Below are positions 19,697 to 30,014 of a stretch of DNA of 64,000 nucleotides, piece after piece; within the stretch, counting starts at the first letter, position 1, and each line of letters opens with the position of its first letter. Below the pieces are notes generated by a model. It did no database searches and was not told the origin of the DNA. It saw only the letters and a program-made list of their open reading frames with translations. Origin of the DNA: a bacterium (GTDB taxonomy: Bacteria > SM23-31); assembly GCA_965249485.1 (NCBI GenBank), contig OZ252239.1:2496001-2560000 (forward strand), written 5' to 3'. The position numbers were made by a program, and so were the translations under genes.

Positions 19697-20179
19697 GTGC
19701 TGTATGGTATTATGACACCTAATAAAGAACATTCCGATGAGTTATTGCTTCCCGAAGCGACAGTCGGTGGGCTTATATTTAATGCAAACGGTGAACTGTT
19801 TCTAATGAAATCAGATAAATGGAATGGCAAGTTCTGTATTCCAGGAGGGCATATCGAGCTTGGTGAGACAATGAAAGAGGCAATAGAGCGGGAGATTAAA
19901 GAAGAAACAAATCTTGATGTGTCAGATGTGCAGTTTCATTCACTCCAGGATTGTGTTTTCTCAAAATATTTTCATAAAAAACGCCATTTCATATTTGTCG
20001 ATTTTGTGTGCAAAGCGGTATCGGATGCTGTAGTACTCAATGAAGAAGCGACCGACTATACATGGATCAAATTGAATGAAATTGAGAAATATTCTATTGA
20101 AGCGTATACGCTACAGTCTATAAACCATTTATTGAATAAAGAGAATATATCCCCATATTTAACCAAAACAAATGCTTGA
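19697..20179 (+). CDS. NUDIX hydrolase (NudI-like)
   Basis: Nudix box GGHIELGETMKEAIEREIKEETNL. Confidence 0.88.
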   Translation: MLYGIMTPNKEHSDELLLPEATVGGLIFNANGELFLMKSDKWNGKFCIPGGHIELGETMKEAIEREIKEETNLDVSDVQFHSLQDCVFSKYFHKKRHFIFVDFVCKAVSDAVVLNEEATDYTWIKLNEIEKYSIEAYTLQSINHLLNKENISPYLTKTNA

Positions 20180-20188
20180 AGATTAATC

Positions 20189-21283
20189 ATGGTACGTGCT
20201 GCAGTTTTAAAGGCTCCTCATGAAAATATAGTGGTCATAGATTTTCCTTATCCGGATATGGAAGAGGGTAGTGTTACTCTCCGTATCCTTTATAGTGAAG
20301 TTTGTGGAACAGATGTACATCTTTTTCATGGTAAATTGTCAGGAGTTCCTTATCCAATCATACCTGGCCATGTTAATGTAGGTGTTATTGACAAAATAAA
20401 AGGGAACATTACCGATATTGAGGGACATACCTTTCGTGAAGGAGAAATTGTTTCATTTTACGATGTACATGAAACATGTAATCAATGCTGGTATTGTCAA
20501 ATAAGCAAAGATTCTACCCGATGTCCCAATCGTAAAGTCTACGGGATAACCTACTCAAGTAATGATGGCCTACTCGGTGGCTGGAGTGAATATACTTATC
20601 TCAAGCCGGGAGTCAAGCTGATGCCGCTTGGCGATAAACTCGACCCACTCGTATTCATTGCAGGAGGGTGCGGACTGGTTACTTCGTTTCATGCTGTTGA
20701 ACGGAGTAATATGAAAATTGGTGATACGATTGTGATTCAGGGAACCGGACCAGTTGGATTAAGTGCAATTGCATGGGCACGTACTGCGGGAGCATATAAA
20801 ATCATCTCACTCGGAGCACCAAATATTCGCAATGAAATGGCATTGAGAATGGGTGCAGATACCGTAATTAACATTGATGAGTACAATTCTGAAGAACGGG
20901 TAAAAGAAATTCTTGAACACACTCATGGCCGGGGAGCAGATATAACAATTGAGTGCTCCGGCAATCCACATGCAGTACCGGAAGGCATTGGCATGACGCG
21001 GGATGGTGGTACCTATGTTGTTGTCGGGCAATATACAGATTCCGGCGCTGTTGAGATAAATCCCCACAACGATATCAACAAAAAGCATATTACCATAAAA
21101 GGGTGTTGGGGGTTTGATTTCAGCCACATGTTTAAAGCGGTATCGATGTTAAAAAAATACCATGAAGAGTTTCCTTGGAAAGAGTTCATAACCAAAGTTT
21201 ACAAACTAAATGAAGCGAATAAAGCAATAAATGCTGTTGAAAATCTATCCGTAGTTAAAGCGGTCATACAGCCTACAACATAA
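20189..21283 (+). CDS. Zinc-dependent alcohol dehydrogenase (MDR family)
   Basis: CGTDVH, PGH, structural CNQCWYC...C, GTGPVG. Confidence 0.9.
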   Translation: MVRAAVLKAPHENIVVIDFPYPDMEEGSVTLRILYSEVCGTDVHLFHGKLSGVPYPIIPGHVNVGVIDKIKGNITDIEGHTFREGEIVSFYDVHETCNQCWYCQISKDSTRCPNRKVYGITYSSNDGLLGGWSEYTYLKPGVKLMPLGDKLDPLVFIAGGCGLVTSFHAVERSNMKIGDTIVIQGTGPVGLSAIAWARTAGAYKIISLGAPNIRNEMALRMGADTVINIDEYNSEERVKEILEHTHGRGADITIECSGNPHAVPEGIGMTRDGGTYVVVGQYTDSGAVEINPHNDINKKHITIKGCWGFDFSHMFKAVSMLKKYHEEFPWKEFITKVYKLNEANKAINAVENLSVVKAVIQPTT

Positions 21284-21551
21284 AAAAATATTTATATAAA
21301 TAATTTAAGCTATTAGAGTTTTTCTATAGACTTTCATTTTTTATGCAAAATGATAATATTTTTTTCTTAAATTAATTAAATGTTATCATTGAGTTGATAA
21401 CATGATAAATAGTATCATGATTGTGTGAAGATGTACAATATATTCTTTGCACATTGTTGCTAAATTGATTACTTTCAAGAAGTATTTGAGCTAAAGATAC
21501 GAAGTAAATTAATACTTTTCATTTATAAAATAAAAACTGCGAGACATTCGC

Positions 21552-23355
21552 ATGTTCACTTGGGTAGAACGGTTAAATCTTCCAGAATATACGCATGAAA
21601 TGATCCATTATCGCAATGCGATGGTGAAAGAGGTGAATTTCGCCTTTTCCGATCAATACAGTAAACTTCAGGCCAATAAAAATCTCCTGGAGCAATTTGA
21701 ACGATTTAAAGACCATCGTGAAAAAACCGGAAATAGAATTCAAAAAGATTCAAGCAGAAATCGAGTCTGGCTTGATATGCTCATTGATATATTTAAGTCG
21801 ACATTTGATTTTACCGCTGCAGATCTCTTTATAAAGTATTTTAATATTCCAAATGAAGCTGTCAATACTGATTTCTACTTTATTATGAAGGAAGATAATA
21901 GTGTCTTCCATCATTTGATTAAGGATGAGTCATTTAATACAGCCTTTCAATTTCTCCATTTTTTCCCTCCATCTGAAGCTCTGGCTGAGTTTCAGTATCT
22001 TTTGAAGACAGCTATTGACAGAGACAATGAAGATGCGATATACCACCTTGTTGATAATATTTTGCTTGAGCCCTTCAATAATCTGTTGAAAGATGACGAA
22101 ACACGGAATTTGTTAAAAAAAGAGTATGAAATTGCGGAAAAAGAGAAGAGAATTGCGGAAGCCAGAAAAATTGCCCAGGTCTTAAAAGATGCAGATCTTA
22201 CAAAGCGTGTCGATGCTCTTGATGCAATGGTCAAAAACAACTATACTGATGCAATAAACCATCTCAAGGGTATTGCAAATTTTTCAGGTTTTAAACCCAT
22301 TGTGAAGGAGTTTTTTGATAATGCGATTGGAAAAGGTGAACAAACGCAGGACAATGAGCAGTACAAAATCGCTTTTTCATATGCAATATATGGTAAATTA
22401 GACGACGATGACAAAAAATATAGTGAGATTCCTGCCGGAAAACTGTTCGAATATTATGTAACCAAGCCGAATGCAAGCGAAGTTGACTATTATGAAGCAG
22501 AGCATTACAGGGATTCCTGTAATGAAAGCTTTGTTCAAAATGCAGTTGCTAAAAAGATGCTTGAGCTGATACATAACAATGACAGGACTCATGCTAAGAA
22601 ATTAAAGAACAGGTATAAGATTGTTTTTCAGACGGGTGGGTACAAGTTTGAAGAAGATATAAAAAAGTATTATCGTAATCTTACTGAGACGTACGGTTCA
22701 TTTGACGTTCCGAAAGGAGAAGAAAATTTACAGACTGCCCTTGACATAGCGGAGTTTTTTAATTTTCACCCTGAAGAGATCGACAATATAAAATTCCTAT
22801 TGTGTAAATTCTATATTATCAACAAAATTTTCGAAAGTGCAAAAAAGTATTATACCGAGAAAAATCCTGAATTATATGAATTGATATTGAAACAGTTAAA
22901 TTCATTTATTGCAATGCGGGATTATGGTGGTGCATATGGCTTATTTGAAGCAATACCGATTACAATTTCAAAGAAACGATCGCGAGGAAAGACGAAAAGA
23001 TGTCAAGCGGTTCCGTTTGAGTGAAGATGTGACGCTGCGCGAACTTGGGCTTGCTTTGATTCTTGACGACATTTATGAGCTTAAAACTCTGTCGCGTTCG
23101 TATTATCATGATGCGTTTATCAGGGGATTGAATTCCGGACATGATGGAGTTCAGTTTTTAGTCGATCTGAGCAAAACATTCAAAAAGAAGATGGAAGCAT
23201 GTAGTAAAATAAGACTTTCAAATACGATTAAAAAATTAATAGCAGCTGATAAAATGTCTGCAGATATACTTGTCAGAACATATGAAAAGTATATTCATCC
23301 CGATATTTTAGATTATATAGCTTATTTTTTGAAACGTATATTCGGTCTATGCTAG
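21552..23355 (+). pseudogene. Large helical hypothetical protein apparently split by a +1 frameshift (ORFs 21552..23024 and 22909..23355)
   Basis: The two ORFs overlap by 116 nt in the +1 frame; the tail of the first and head of the second look out of frame; no family recognised. Confidence 0.55.
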
Positions 23356-23381
23356 TTGACGAAACTTATGTGAAAAAGAGC

Positions 23382-23410
23382 TTGACTAACTGAGGATAAA
23401 AATGTAACTT
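23382..23410 (+). promoter_or_regulatory. Sigma-70-type promoter
   Basis: TTGACT-17 nt-TAACTT, about 37 nt before ATG 23448. Confidence 0.5.
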
Positions 23411-23447
23411 TTCATCTTTATTCACATAAAATTTTAGACTCTAAGGA

Positions 23448-24671
23448 ATGAACTACATGAGTGAGCAGTCGCAATTGAGTACAGTTATTGTATGGGGTGG
23501 TGCGAATGAAGAAAAAACTACTTCTCCGATACGTTGGACGCATGATTATATTCTTTACGCATCACGGGAAGAAAGACTTTCTATCCTGGATGATCCCGAG
23601 ATTTTGTTGCCTTACATATTTGATGCTGATCTGGATGATATTAGCTCGCAGGAACTGTATGATGGTGTATTTGAATATAAAACAAGTGACTTAGTAGTTG
23701 AACTTGTTACAGGTATACACTACACAGAATACAAATTATATAGTGATAAGGTCGATTTTGATGCGGTTACGCAGCGTTTAAAGAAGGCGGGTGTAAAGTT
23801 CCAGAAACCTGAAATAATCATTGATGTTCCCGGAAGACCTCCTAAAGTTGATGTAGAGATGCTTAACAAACAGAGGTATGACTATCACGAAAACATACAT
23901 GATCGCGATGTTGCAGTGGCAAAAAGTACAACTGTGAAAGCTGCAATTAAAACAGTTGCAGGGTTCACTGTATTTATTGTTATGACTACTTTTCTCGGGA
24001 TAGAAATTTTTGTACCTAAATACCAAGATGTTACGCCGGCAGCTGAAGGCATGTTTATAACTATGAGAGGTAATTATCTTGTATACAATACCAATAACAG
24101 GATGACTGTATATAAATTTGCTGATTTGGTAGAAGAAACTGGGTATGACAGTACATATAAAATGTATGTTTCTGAACTTACAGAAATAACCGACCAGATT
24201 ACGGTGACCCGTATGACAGATGCTAATGATAATGTAGTATATGAACTTGGCAATAGAGCTGTTAGTTATGAACGCAATCCCTCAGACTATGACTTTGTCA
24301 ATGGTAAAACATTTGAATTTAATACCTATGGGTCCAATGATGATAACGATTGGTCTCAATACGGATCTTTAAATGAGGGGAACGCTGACAAAATAGCGTT
24401 GCAGGGAAGAATTGTTGAACGGGAAGGCCAGTATATGATGCTTCTGGGTACAGTCTGGGCAGTTTTAGGCGATATTTCAGAAGAAGAACCGCAATTTTAT
24501 GATTTGTTGAGAGACGATTTAAGTTATGCAACTGTTCAGTACTCTTTAAAAGCTCGAAAAGTTGTCAATTTGTTTGGACAGATAGATAAAACATATACAA
24601 GCCGTGAAGGCAGAAACAGTGTTGATAAGCTTGTCTTTTCATTCAAATCTGAATACGCCCGTAAACGGTAG
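23448..24671 (+). CDS. Hypothetical single-pass membrane protein
   Basis: 407-aa ORF with one central hydrophobic segment (VAGFTVFIVMTTFLGIEIFV); own promoter and terminator. Confidence 0.7.
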   Translation: MNYMSEQSQLSTVIVWGGANEEKTTSPIRWTHDYILYASREERLSILDDPEILLPYIFDADLDDISSQELYDGVFEYKTSDLVVELVTGIHYTEYKLYSDKVDFDAVTQRLKKAGVKFQKPEIIIDVPGRPPKVDVEMLNKQRYDYHENIHDRDVAVAKSTTVKAAIKTVAGFTVFIVMTTFLGIEIFVPKYQDVTPAAEGMFITMRGNYLVYNTNNRMTVYKFADLVEETGYDSTYKMYVSELTEITDQITVTRMTDANDNVVYELGNRAVSYERNPSDYDFVNGKTFEFNTYGSNDDNDWSQYGSLNEGNADKIALQGRIVEREGQYMMLLGTVWAVLGDISEEEPQFYDLLRDDLSYATVQYSLKARKVVNLFGQIDKTYTSREGRNSVDKLVFSFKSEYARKR

Positions 24672-24738
24672 ATATAAGTTACATGACTATGTATCAACTA
24701 TGTGCGTATCAATGCTGTTGAATGAACGCTCGATTATT

Positions 24739-24769
24739 AAGAAACCCTTTTAAGGGTTTCTTTTTTTTT
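24739..24769 (+). terminator. Intrinsic terminator
   Basis: AAGAAACCCTT-TT-AAGGGTTTCTT followed by a T run. Confidence 0.85.
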
Positions 24770-24796
24770 AAACAAGTTATAAATCGGAATATTTAG

Positions 24797-25526
24797 ATGA
24801 AACTCTGCATATATTGTGTGATGCAAAACTACAGTGGTAAAGAAATTAAGTTGAAAAGCATCGATAATCAAAAAATAATCCTTATTCGCAGCAATGACCT
24901 CAATGCAGCAGTCAGCTATACACGCTTTAAAAAGTTTGACGATACACCTGTGAACCGCATAAAGCATGAACAAATTATTGATGCAGTACGGAAACAGGTG
25001 CCGGTTGTGCCTTTTCCTAATCAGTACTATAGTAGGTGAGACTATTGGAAATGGGATTCTATACAAAAACTATGATCGACTCAAGGAGATGTTGAAGATA
25101 ATTGGGGGGAAAGAGGAATTTGCTGTTTATGTTGACCAGGATACCGATAATAAGATTAAAACATTTTTAAAACTCTCACGTGCTCAAAGTACTGAATCCG
25201 CACAAAGCACTGCAAAAAAGCCATATAATAAAGTGCTCAACATTGCCGCTCATAAAATAGCTTCGCGAATTCACAATCAATTTGAACAATCAGCAGATGC
25301 CTCGATATATGAAAGGAAGACATCCGACACACGACTTATGGAAGGATTGTATCTTGTGTCTCAAGAAAAAACAGACTCCTTTCAGCAAACATTTAAATGG
25401 GTCCAATCATTATATTCTGATTTAGTATTCATATTAAACGGACCCCGAATTCCCTATCACTTTAATACAATAAACTTAGTGGAGCAGAATACAAACTTAT
25501 TTGGAAACAGACATAACGGACAGTAA
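24797..25526 (+). pseudogene. GvpL/GvpF-family gas vesicle protein, split by a +1 frameshift near 25015
   Basis: Joined reading gives IYCV...HEQII...VVPF|LISTIV...LKIIGGKEE...YLV...F...NGPRIPYHF, matching the GvpL/F pattern (VLP.RFGT ... GPWPPY.F). Confidence 0.7.
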
Positions 25527-25628
25527 TTTTCTTTAATCTACAATCTACTTTTTACTTGCGTATACTTGAGACTCTCAGTACATTTTATCTAATTTTGACG
25601 AGAATTGTATATTCCCAAGGAGTAATGT

Positions 25629-26711
25629 GTGTTACGATCTGACAAATATGATCTTGACAGTATATTCAGGCTGCTTGTCTCACTTGTAACGTTAGCCTTT
25701 TTTTTTGTACTGGTATATCACCTTAGGACAATCTTAATTCCTTTTACTATTGCTTTTCTTATCGCCAATATTCTCGATCCTGCTGTAGATTTTTTTGAAG
25801 AGAAAAAAATTCCTCGAATGGTGTCAATATTTATCGTCTTTTTCATGATATCGGGAGCATTATTTCTGCTGTTTTTTGTAGGAATTCCGTATGTCATAAA
25901 GGAATTGAGCCAATTCAGCACAATTTTCCCCCAATATATTTCAAATATCTATCAATATGTCAGCAAATATATAAGTGAAAGCTCCGTACAAAATTACCGA
26001 GAATATTTAGATACGTTAATAACTAATATGCAAACATCGCAAATTGTAGATACTCTTTTAGGCTATGTAACTAACATATTCTCCCAGTTATTAAATTTGG
26101 TTTACGTTCTAGTAGGGTTTGTGATAGTTGTGATGTATGTATTTTTTCTGCTTCGAGACATTGACCGAATGAGATCCCGTTGGTATTATTACATACCGGA
26201 ACAATACCGTGAGCCTGTCAAATTGTTTGTAAAAGATGCATACGGATATACGGCTAGCTTTTTTCGTGGACAATTAACCGTTGTATCAATACTTAGCGTT
26301 CTTTTTGCAATAGGATTTTCCATTGTCGATATAAGATTATCGATTCTAATAGGATTGTCAGCAGGTTTTTTGAATCTAATTCCAAATTTTGGAACGCTGG
26401 TAGCAATTATTCCTGCAGTACTGCTGGCAATTGGACGAGCGCTTGAAGAAGGCGGTGATCCTCTCTTGCGTATCGGTGGAATTCTCATAGTATTTGTTGT
26501 TGTGCAAATCATTCAGGAGATGATTCTAGTCCCGAACATTATGGGTAAAAGAACAGGACTTAGGCCTGCAACTATTCTCATTTCAGTTTTTGTTTGGGGC
26601 AAACTACTGGGTTTTCTTGGTGTGATCCTTGCAATTCCTTTGACATGTTTAGTGAAAGTATATTTTATTAGAATTGTTCTGAATGATGATCCGAAGCTGT
26701 TCGACAGATGA
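25629..26711 (+). CDS. AI-2E (PerM) family transporter
   Basis: PFTIAFLIANILDP, FFLLRD, FFRGQL, NLIPNFG, GFLGVILAIP. Confidence 0.9.
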   Translation: MLRSDKYDLDSIFRLLVSLVTLAFFFVLVYHLRTILIPFTIAFLIANILDPAVDFFEEKKIPRMVSIFIVFFMISGALFLLFFVGIPYVIKELSQFSTIFPQYISNIYQYVSKYISESSVQNYREYLDTLITNMQTSQIVDTLLGYVTNIFSQLLNLVYVLVGFVIVVMYVFFLLRDIDRMRSRWYYYIPEQYREPVKLFVKDAYGYTASFFRGQLTVVSILSVLFAIGFSIVDIRLSILIGLSAGFLNLIPNFGTLVAIIPAVLLAIGRALEEGGDPLLRIGGILIVFVVVQIIQEMILVPNIMGKRTGLRPATILISVFVWGKLLGFLGVILAIPLTCLVKVYFIRIVLNDDPKLFDR

Positions 26712-26727
26712 AAGTGAGAATATTGAT

Positions 26728-27471
26728 ATGAGTCTTGAATTCTGTAAAGCGGTTGGAATACTCGGAGGTATGGGGCCGGAAGCAACGTTGGATTTGTTTG
26801 ATCAAATCATAAAATTGACACCTGCAGAAAAAGACCAGGACCATATTCCAATCCTTATCTACAACAATCCCCGCATCCCTGATAGAACTTCCAATATGTT
26901 AGCAAACAATATAAGAGAGTTGAAAATAATAATTGAGGAACTCCAAAACGGTGCCCGTATCCTAGAACAAGGTGGAGCAGATTTTGTATTGATGCCCTGT
27001 AATACGGCACACGAATTTGCAGAGGAAATTCAAGCTGCGATATCCATTCCGTTCATCAACATGATTGAAGTAACCGTTCAGCATATTGCCGATGTATTTC
27101 CAGATACTACAAAAGCTGGGATTCTCGGTACCGACGGTACACTGCAATCATATTTGTATCAGAAATTTCTTGAAGAAAAGAATATAGAGCCTATTATTCC
27201 GGATAATGATATACAAAAAGAGTGCGTTATGAAAGCAATCTATGATATTAAAAGTGGCAAAAAGGATGAGAATACGAAACAGTTATTTTTAAAAGCAAAA
27301 CGTCACCTTGAAAACAAAGCAGCTTCGGTAATAATATTGGGCTGCACAGAATTCCCGCTATTATTTGATGTAAATACACCAAATAACTTAGTGATTAATC
27401 CGACGAAAATTCTTGCCGATCTCGCAATTGAAAAATGTATGAACACGCCCGTGCTTGCCGTTAAAGAATGA
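26728..27471 (+). CDS. Aspartate/glutamate (amino acid) racemase
   Basis: GILGGMGPEAT, DQDH, both catalytic cysteines (PCNTAH and GCTE). Confidence 0.92.
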   Translation: MSLEFCKAVGILGGMGPEATLDLFDQIIKLTPAEKDQDHIPILIYNNPRIPDRTSNMLANNIRELKIIIEELQNGARILEQGGADFVLMPCNTAHEFAEEIQAAISIPFINMIEVTVQHIADVFPDTTKAGILGTDGTLQSYLYQKFLEEKNIEPIIPDNDIQKECVMKAIYDIKSGKKDENTKQLFLKAKRHLENKAASVIILGCTEFPLLFDVNTPNNLVINPTKILADLAIEKCMNTPVLAVKE

Positions 27472-27475
27472 ATTA

Positions 27476-28291
27476 ATGATGGATGAAAACATGTCACATT
27501 CACAGTCAGAATTTCCGACACAGTTCGATTCATTTTTCTTCAAAAGAGTCTGGTATATTTTTAAGGATTACTGGAAATTTCTGGTTCTGCTTACTTTTGC
27601 CACATCGTTAACAGCAATAGTGTTCGGTTATTTTGCAGAATCGATCATGAGTAGTTTTGTTGATGGTCCATTCGAACCAACTACTGCCGAACCTTCTCAA
27701 GTAGTCGCCTTTGCACTGTCACAATTTGTAGGGATGTTGCTCATCCTCATTCCCAAAGTTTTTTTCTTAGTTGTGTTTATATCTGTATTGCCGAAAATGT
27801 ACGAAAATGAACAATTAGTATTTTCTGAGTCGATAGGGTTGGGATTTACAAAATTGCTCTCGCTTTATATGTATTCTTCTTTTGTGCTGGGATTCATGTT
27901 TCTCGGAATTATGATGTTAGTTATTCCCGGCCTGATTGTGTTAGTCCAGTGCACATTTCTGCAATTTGTCATCGTACTGGAAGGAAATGCAAAAGCAATT
28001 TCCCGCGCATTTCATTTGATATCCGGCAAACAGTGGCAAGTATTTTCAATTTATACAATAAAATTTGGTGTTATGATACTTGTTATGATACCGACATTCG
28101 TGCAGGTAATTGCCAGTGCAAATGGAATTGACCCAGTAACACCTTCCGAAGGTGGTATGAGTTACATTGTAGGTTTTATCCAGGAATTCATCTTGGAGGG
28201 AACGACTTATTTTATAACCGCACTGTTTTTTCAGTTATATATGGTAGCCAGGGTTGAGAATAAAGAAATTGAGATTGTACAGGAAAAGTGA
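27476..28291 (+). CDS. Polytopic hypothetical membrane protein
   Basis: Five to six hydrophobic segments; LVIPGL and AISRAFHL..G..W pattern seen in uncharacterised membrane families. Confidence 0.7.
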   Translation: MMDENMSHSQSEFPTQFDSFFFKRVWYIFKDYWKFLVLLTFATSLTAIVFGYFAESIMSSFVDGPFEPTTAEPSQVVAFALSQFVGMLLILIPKVFFLVVFISVLPKMYENEQLVFSESIGLGFTKLLSLYMYSSFVLGFMFLGIMMLVIPGLIVLVQCTFLQFVIVLEGNAKAISRAFHLISGKQWQVFSIYTIKFGVMILVMIPTFVQVIASANGIDPVTPSEGGMSYIVGFIQEFILEGTTYFITALFFQLYMVARVENKEIEIVQEK

Positions 28292-28473
28292 TCACTGTTA
28301 GCAGGTTAGTATGTATAAAGAGCAAAAATTTTATTATTTTTTGGGCTGCAAAAGCTAGGAATGGATATATTAAATTTGGAAATAATAGAATTTCAATGTA
28401 TATTTCTTCATTATCATCAATTAATTAATTTAGTTAAAAAGATATTTAAGACATTCTGATAGGAGACATCTCA

Positions 28474-29370
28474 ATGCGTCTTATAACGAGAGGAGATGCC
28501 GATGGGTTGGCTTGCGCTGTATTCATTACCATAATGGAAAAAATTGAGTCTATCAAATTTGTCCATCCGAAAGATATGCAGGATGGTAAAATTGACGTAA
28601 CGCAAAATGACATTATTTGTAATTTGCCATATCATCCAGATTGTTATATGTGGTTTGACCACCACATCTCTGAAGAAGGCCGTGAAGAAAAGGTCAAAAC
28701 AGGTGACTATAAAGGCAAATTTGGAATGGCTCCGAGTGCGGCACGATTAGTATACGAATATTATAATGATCCGAAATTAAAGAAATTTGAAGAGTTCCTT
28801 GTAGTGGTTGATAAACTCGATAGTGCTCAATTGGATGAGAGTGATGTAACCAATCCTCAAGATTGGATGCTCCTTATGATGAGTCTTGATCCTAGGTCAT
28901 CACTTGGTGATTTTGAATACTACTTTTTTGAGCTTATTGATTGGATCAAGAAATTTTCTCTTGAAGAAATCATGAAAAAATCGGAAGCTCAGTTACGATG
29001 CGATTATGTTTTATCTGAGAAGGATAAATTTCAGGAAGCGCTTCAAGAGCATACCAAGTTGGATGGTAATGTTATTGTTATCGATTTTCGGAATCTTGAA
29101 GTAATTCCTATGGGAAACAGGTTCATGGAGTATATTCTTTTCCCTGAAGGGAATATATCGATAAGACTTTTTTGGGGTAAAGATAAAAGTGTAATTATTT
29201 GTGCTGCGGGGCACAGCATATTTAAACGGGATTCAAAAACAAATATCGGTTTGCTATTTAAGAGTTATGGTGGCGGGGGTCATGCAGGAGCCGGCACCTG
29301 TCAGCTTCATGCCGATACAGCCGATGAACAGATTCATGAGATTATTGAACATATGAAGAAAGACGGTTAA
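28474..29370 (+). CDS. DHH-family phosphoesterase (exopolyphosphatase-related/nanoRNase-like)
   Basis: RGDADG, HPKDMQDG, FDHH, GGGGHAGAGTCQ. Confidence 0.88.
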   Translation: MRLITRGDADGLACAVFITIMEKIESIKFVHPKDMQDGKIDVTQNDIICNLPYHPDCYMWFDHHISEEGREEKVKTGDYKGKFGMAPSAARLVYEYYNDPKLKKFEEFLVVVDKLDSAQLDESDVTNPQDWMLLMMSLDPRSSLGDFEYYFFELIDWIKKFSLEEIMKKSEAQLRCDYVLSEKDKFQEALQEHTKLDGNVIVIDFRNLEVIPMGNRFMEYILFPEGNISIRLFWGKDKSVIICAAGHSIFKRDSKTNIGLLFKSYGGGGHAGAGTCQLHADTADEQIHEIIEHMKKDG

Positions 29371-29391
29371 GAAATAGGAAAAATATCGCTC

Positions 29392-29422
29392 AAAAGCCGG
29401 CATACAAGTATGCCGGCTTTTT
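29392..29422 (+). terminator. Intrinsic terminator
   Basis: AAAAGCCGGCATAC-AA-GTATGCCGGCTTTT inverted repeat. Confidence 0.88.
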
Positions 29423-29845
29423 ATTTGCATTATTATCTATATATTAACGTGAAATTCGTTTTGTTTTAAAAAATATTATTAGTAGATTCACTCTTTAATT
29501 TTTGAAGTATCTGAGTAAATCTGGTGAGTAAAGAGTTCTGTCTGATGTAATAAAAATTGAGCATTCGAAAAGTTGGGAATATTATCAAGGAAGATATTCC
29601 CTCTTTGTTTTTTCAGAAGTTATATGTGTATAATATTTAAATTTTGATACAAAAAATTATTAATGATGCGAAAAATCTTCCAAATTATTGTAAATAAAAA
29701 TTATTCAGCACATATTGTGTATTGAAGAAGTGGTGGTTGTGGTTAGAATAATTCATGTTGAATATAAGGTAACTAAATAAAAAACAAAAACATACAATAT
29801 GACCATGACGAAAGTCAAATGATATTTTAAAAATTGAAATTGATT

Positions 29846-29861
29846 TGGCACGATTGTAGCA
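29846..29861 (+). promoter_or_regulatory. Sigma-54 (-24/-12) promoter upstream of glutamate dehydrogenase
   Basis: TGGCACGATTGTAGCA: GG-N10-GC with a perfect TGGCACG element, inside a long AT-rich intergenic region. Confidence 0.7.
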
Positions 29862-30014
29862 TCTATCCAAAAAACATATAAAAATCATTAATTAATAAGT
29901 TGGATTACTGCAATCACCATAGTTGAAATTAAATCACTTAATAAAGCAAACACTATTCACAGTTTAGATATATATTAAGCTATAGAATTTTTCACCAAAA
30001 CGGAGGTACATTCA

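Noticed and set aside
21340..21370. Second Fur-like box (CAAAATGATAATATTTTTT)
   Set aside because: Only 13 of 19 matches in extremely AT-rich DNA, which is plausible by chance.
29685..29888. 67-aa minus-strand ORF upstream of gdh
   Set aside because: Low-complexity translation of AT-rich DNA overlapping the sigma-54 promoter; no RBS or motif.
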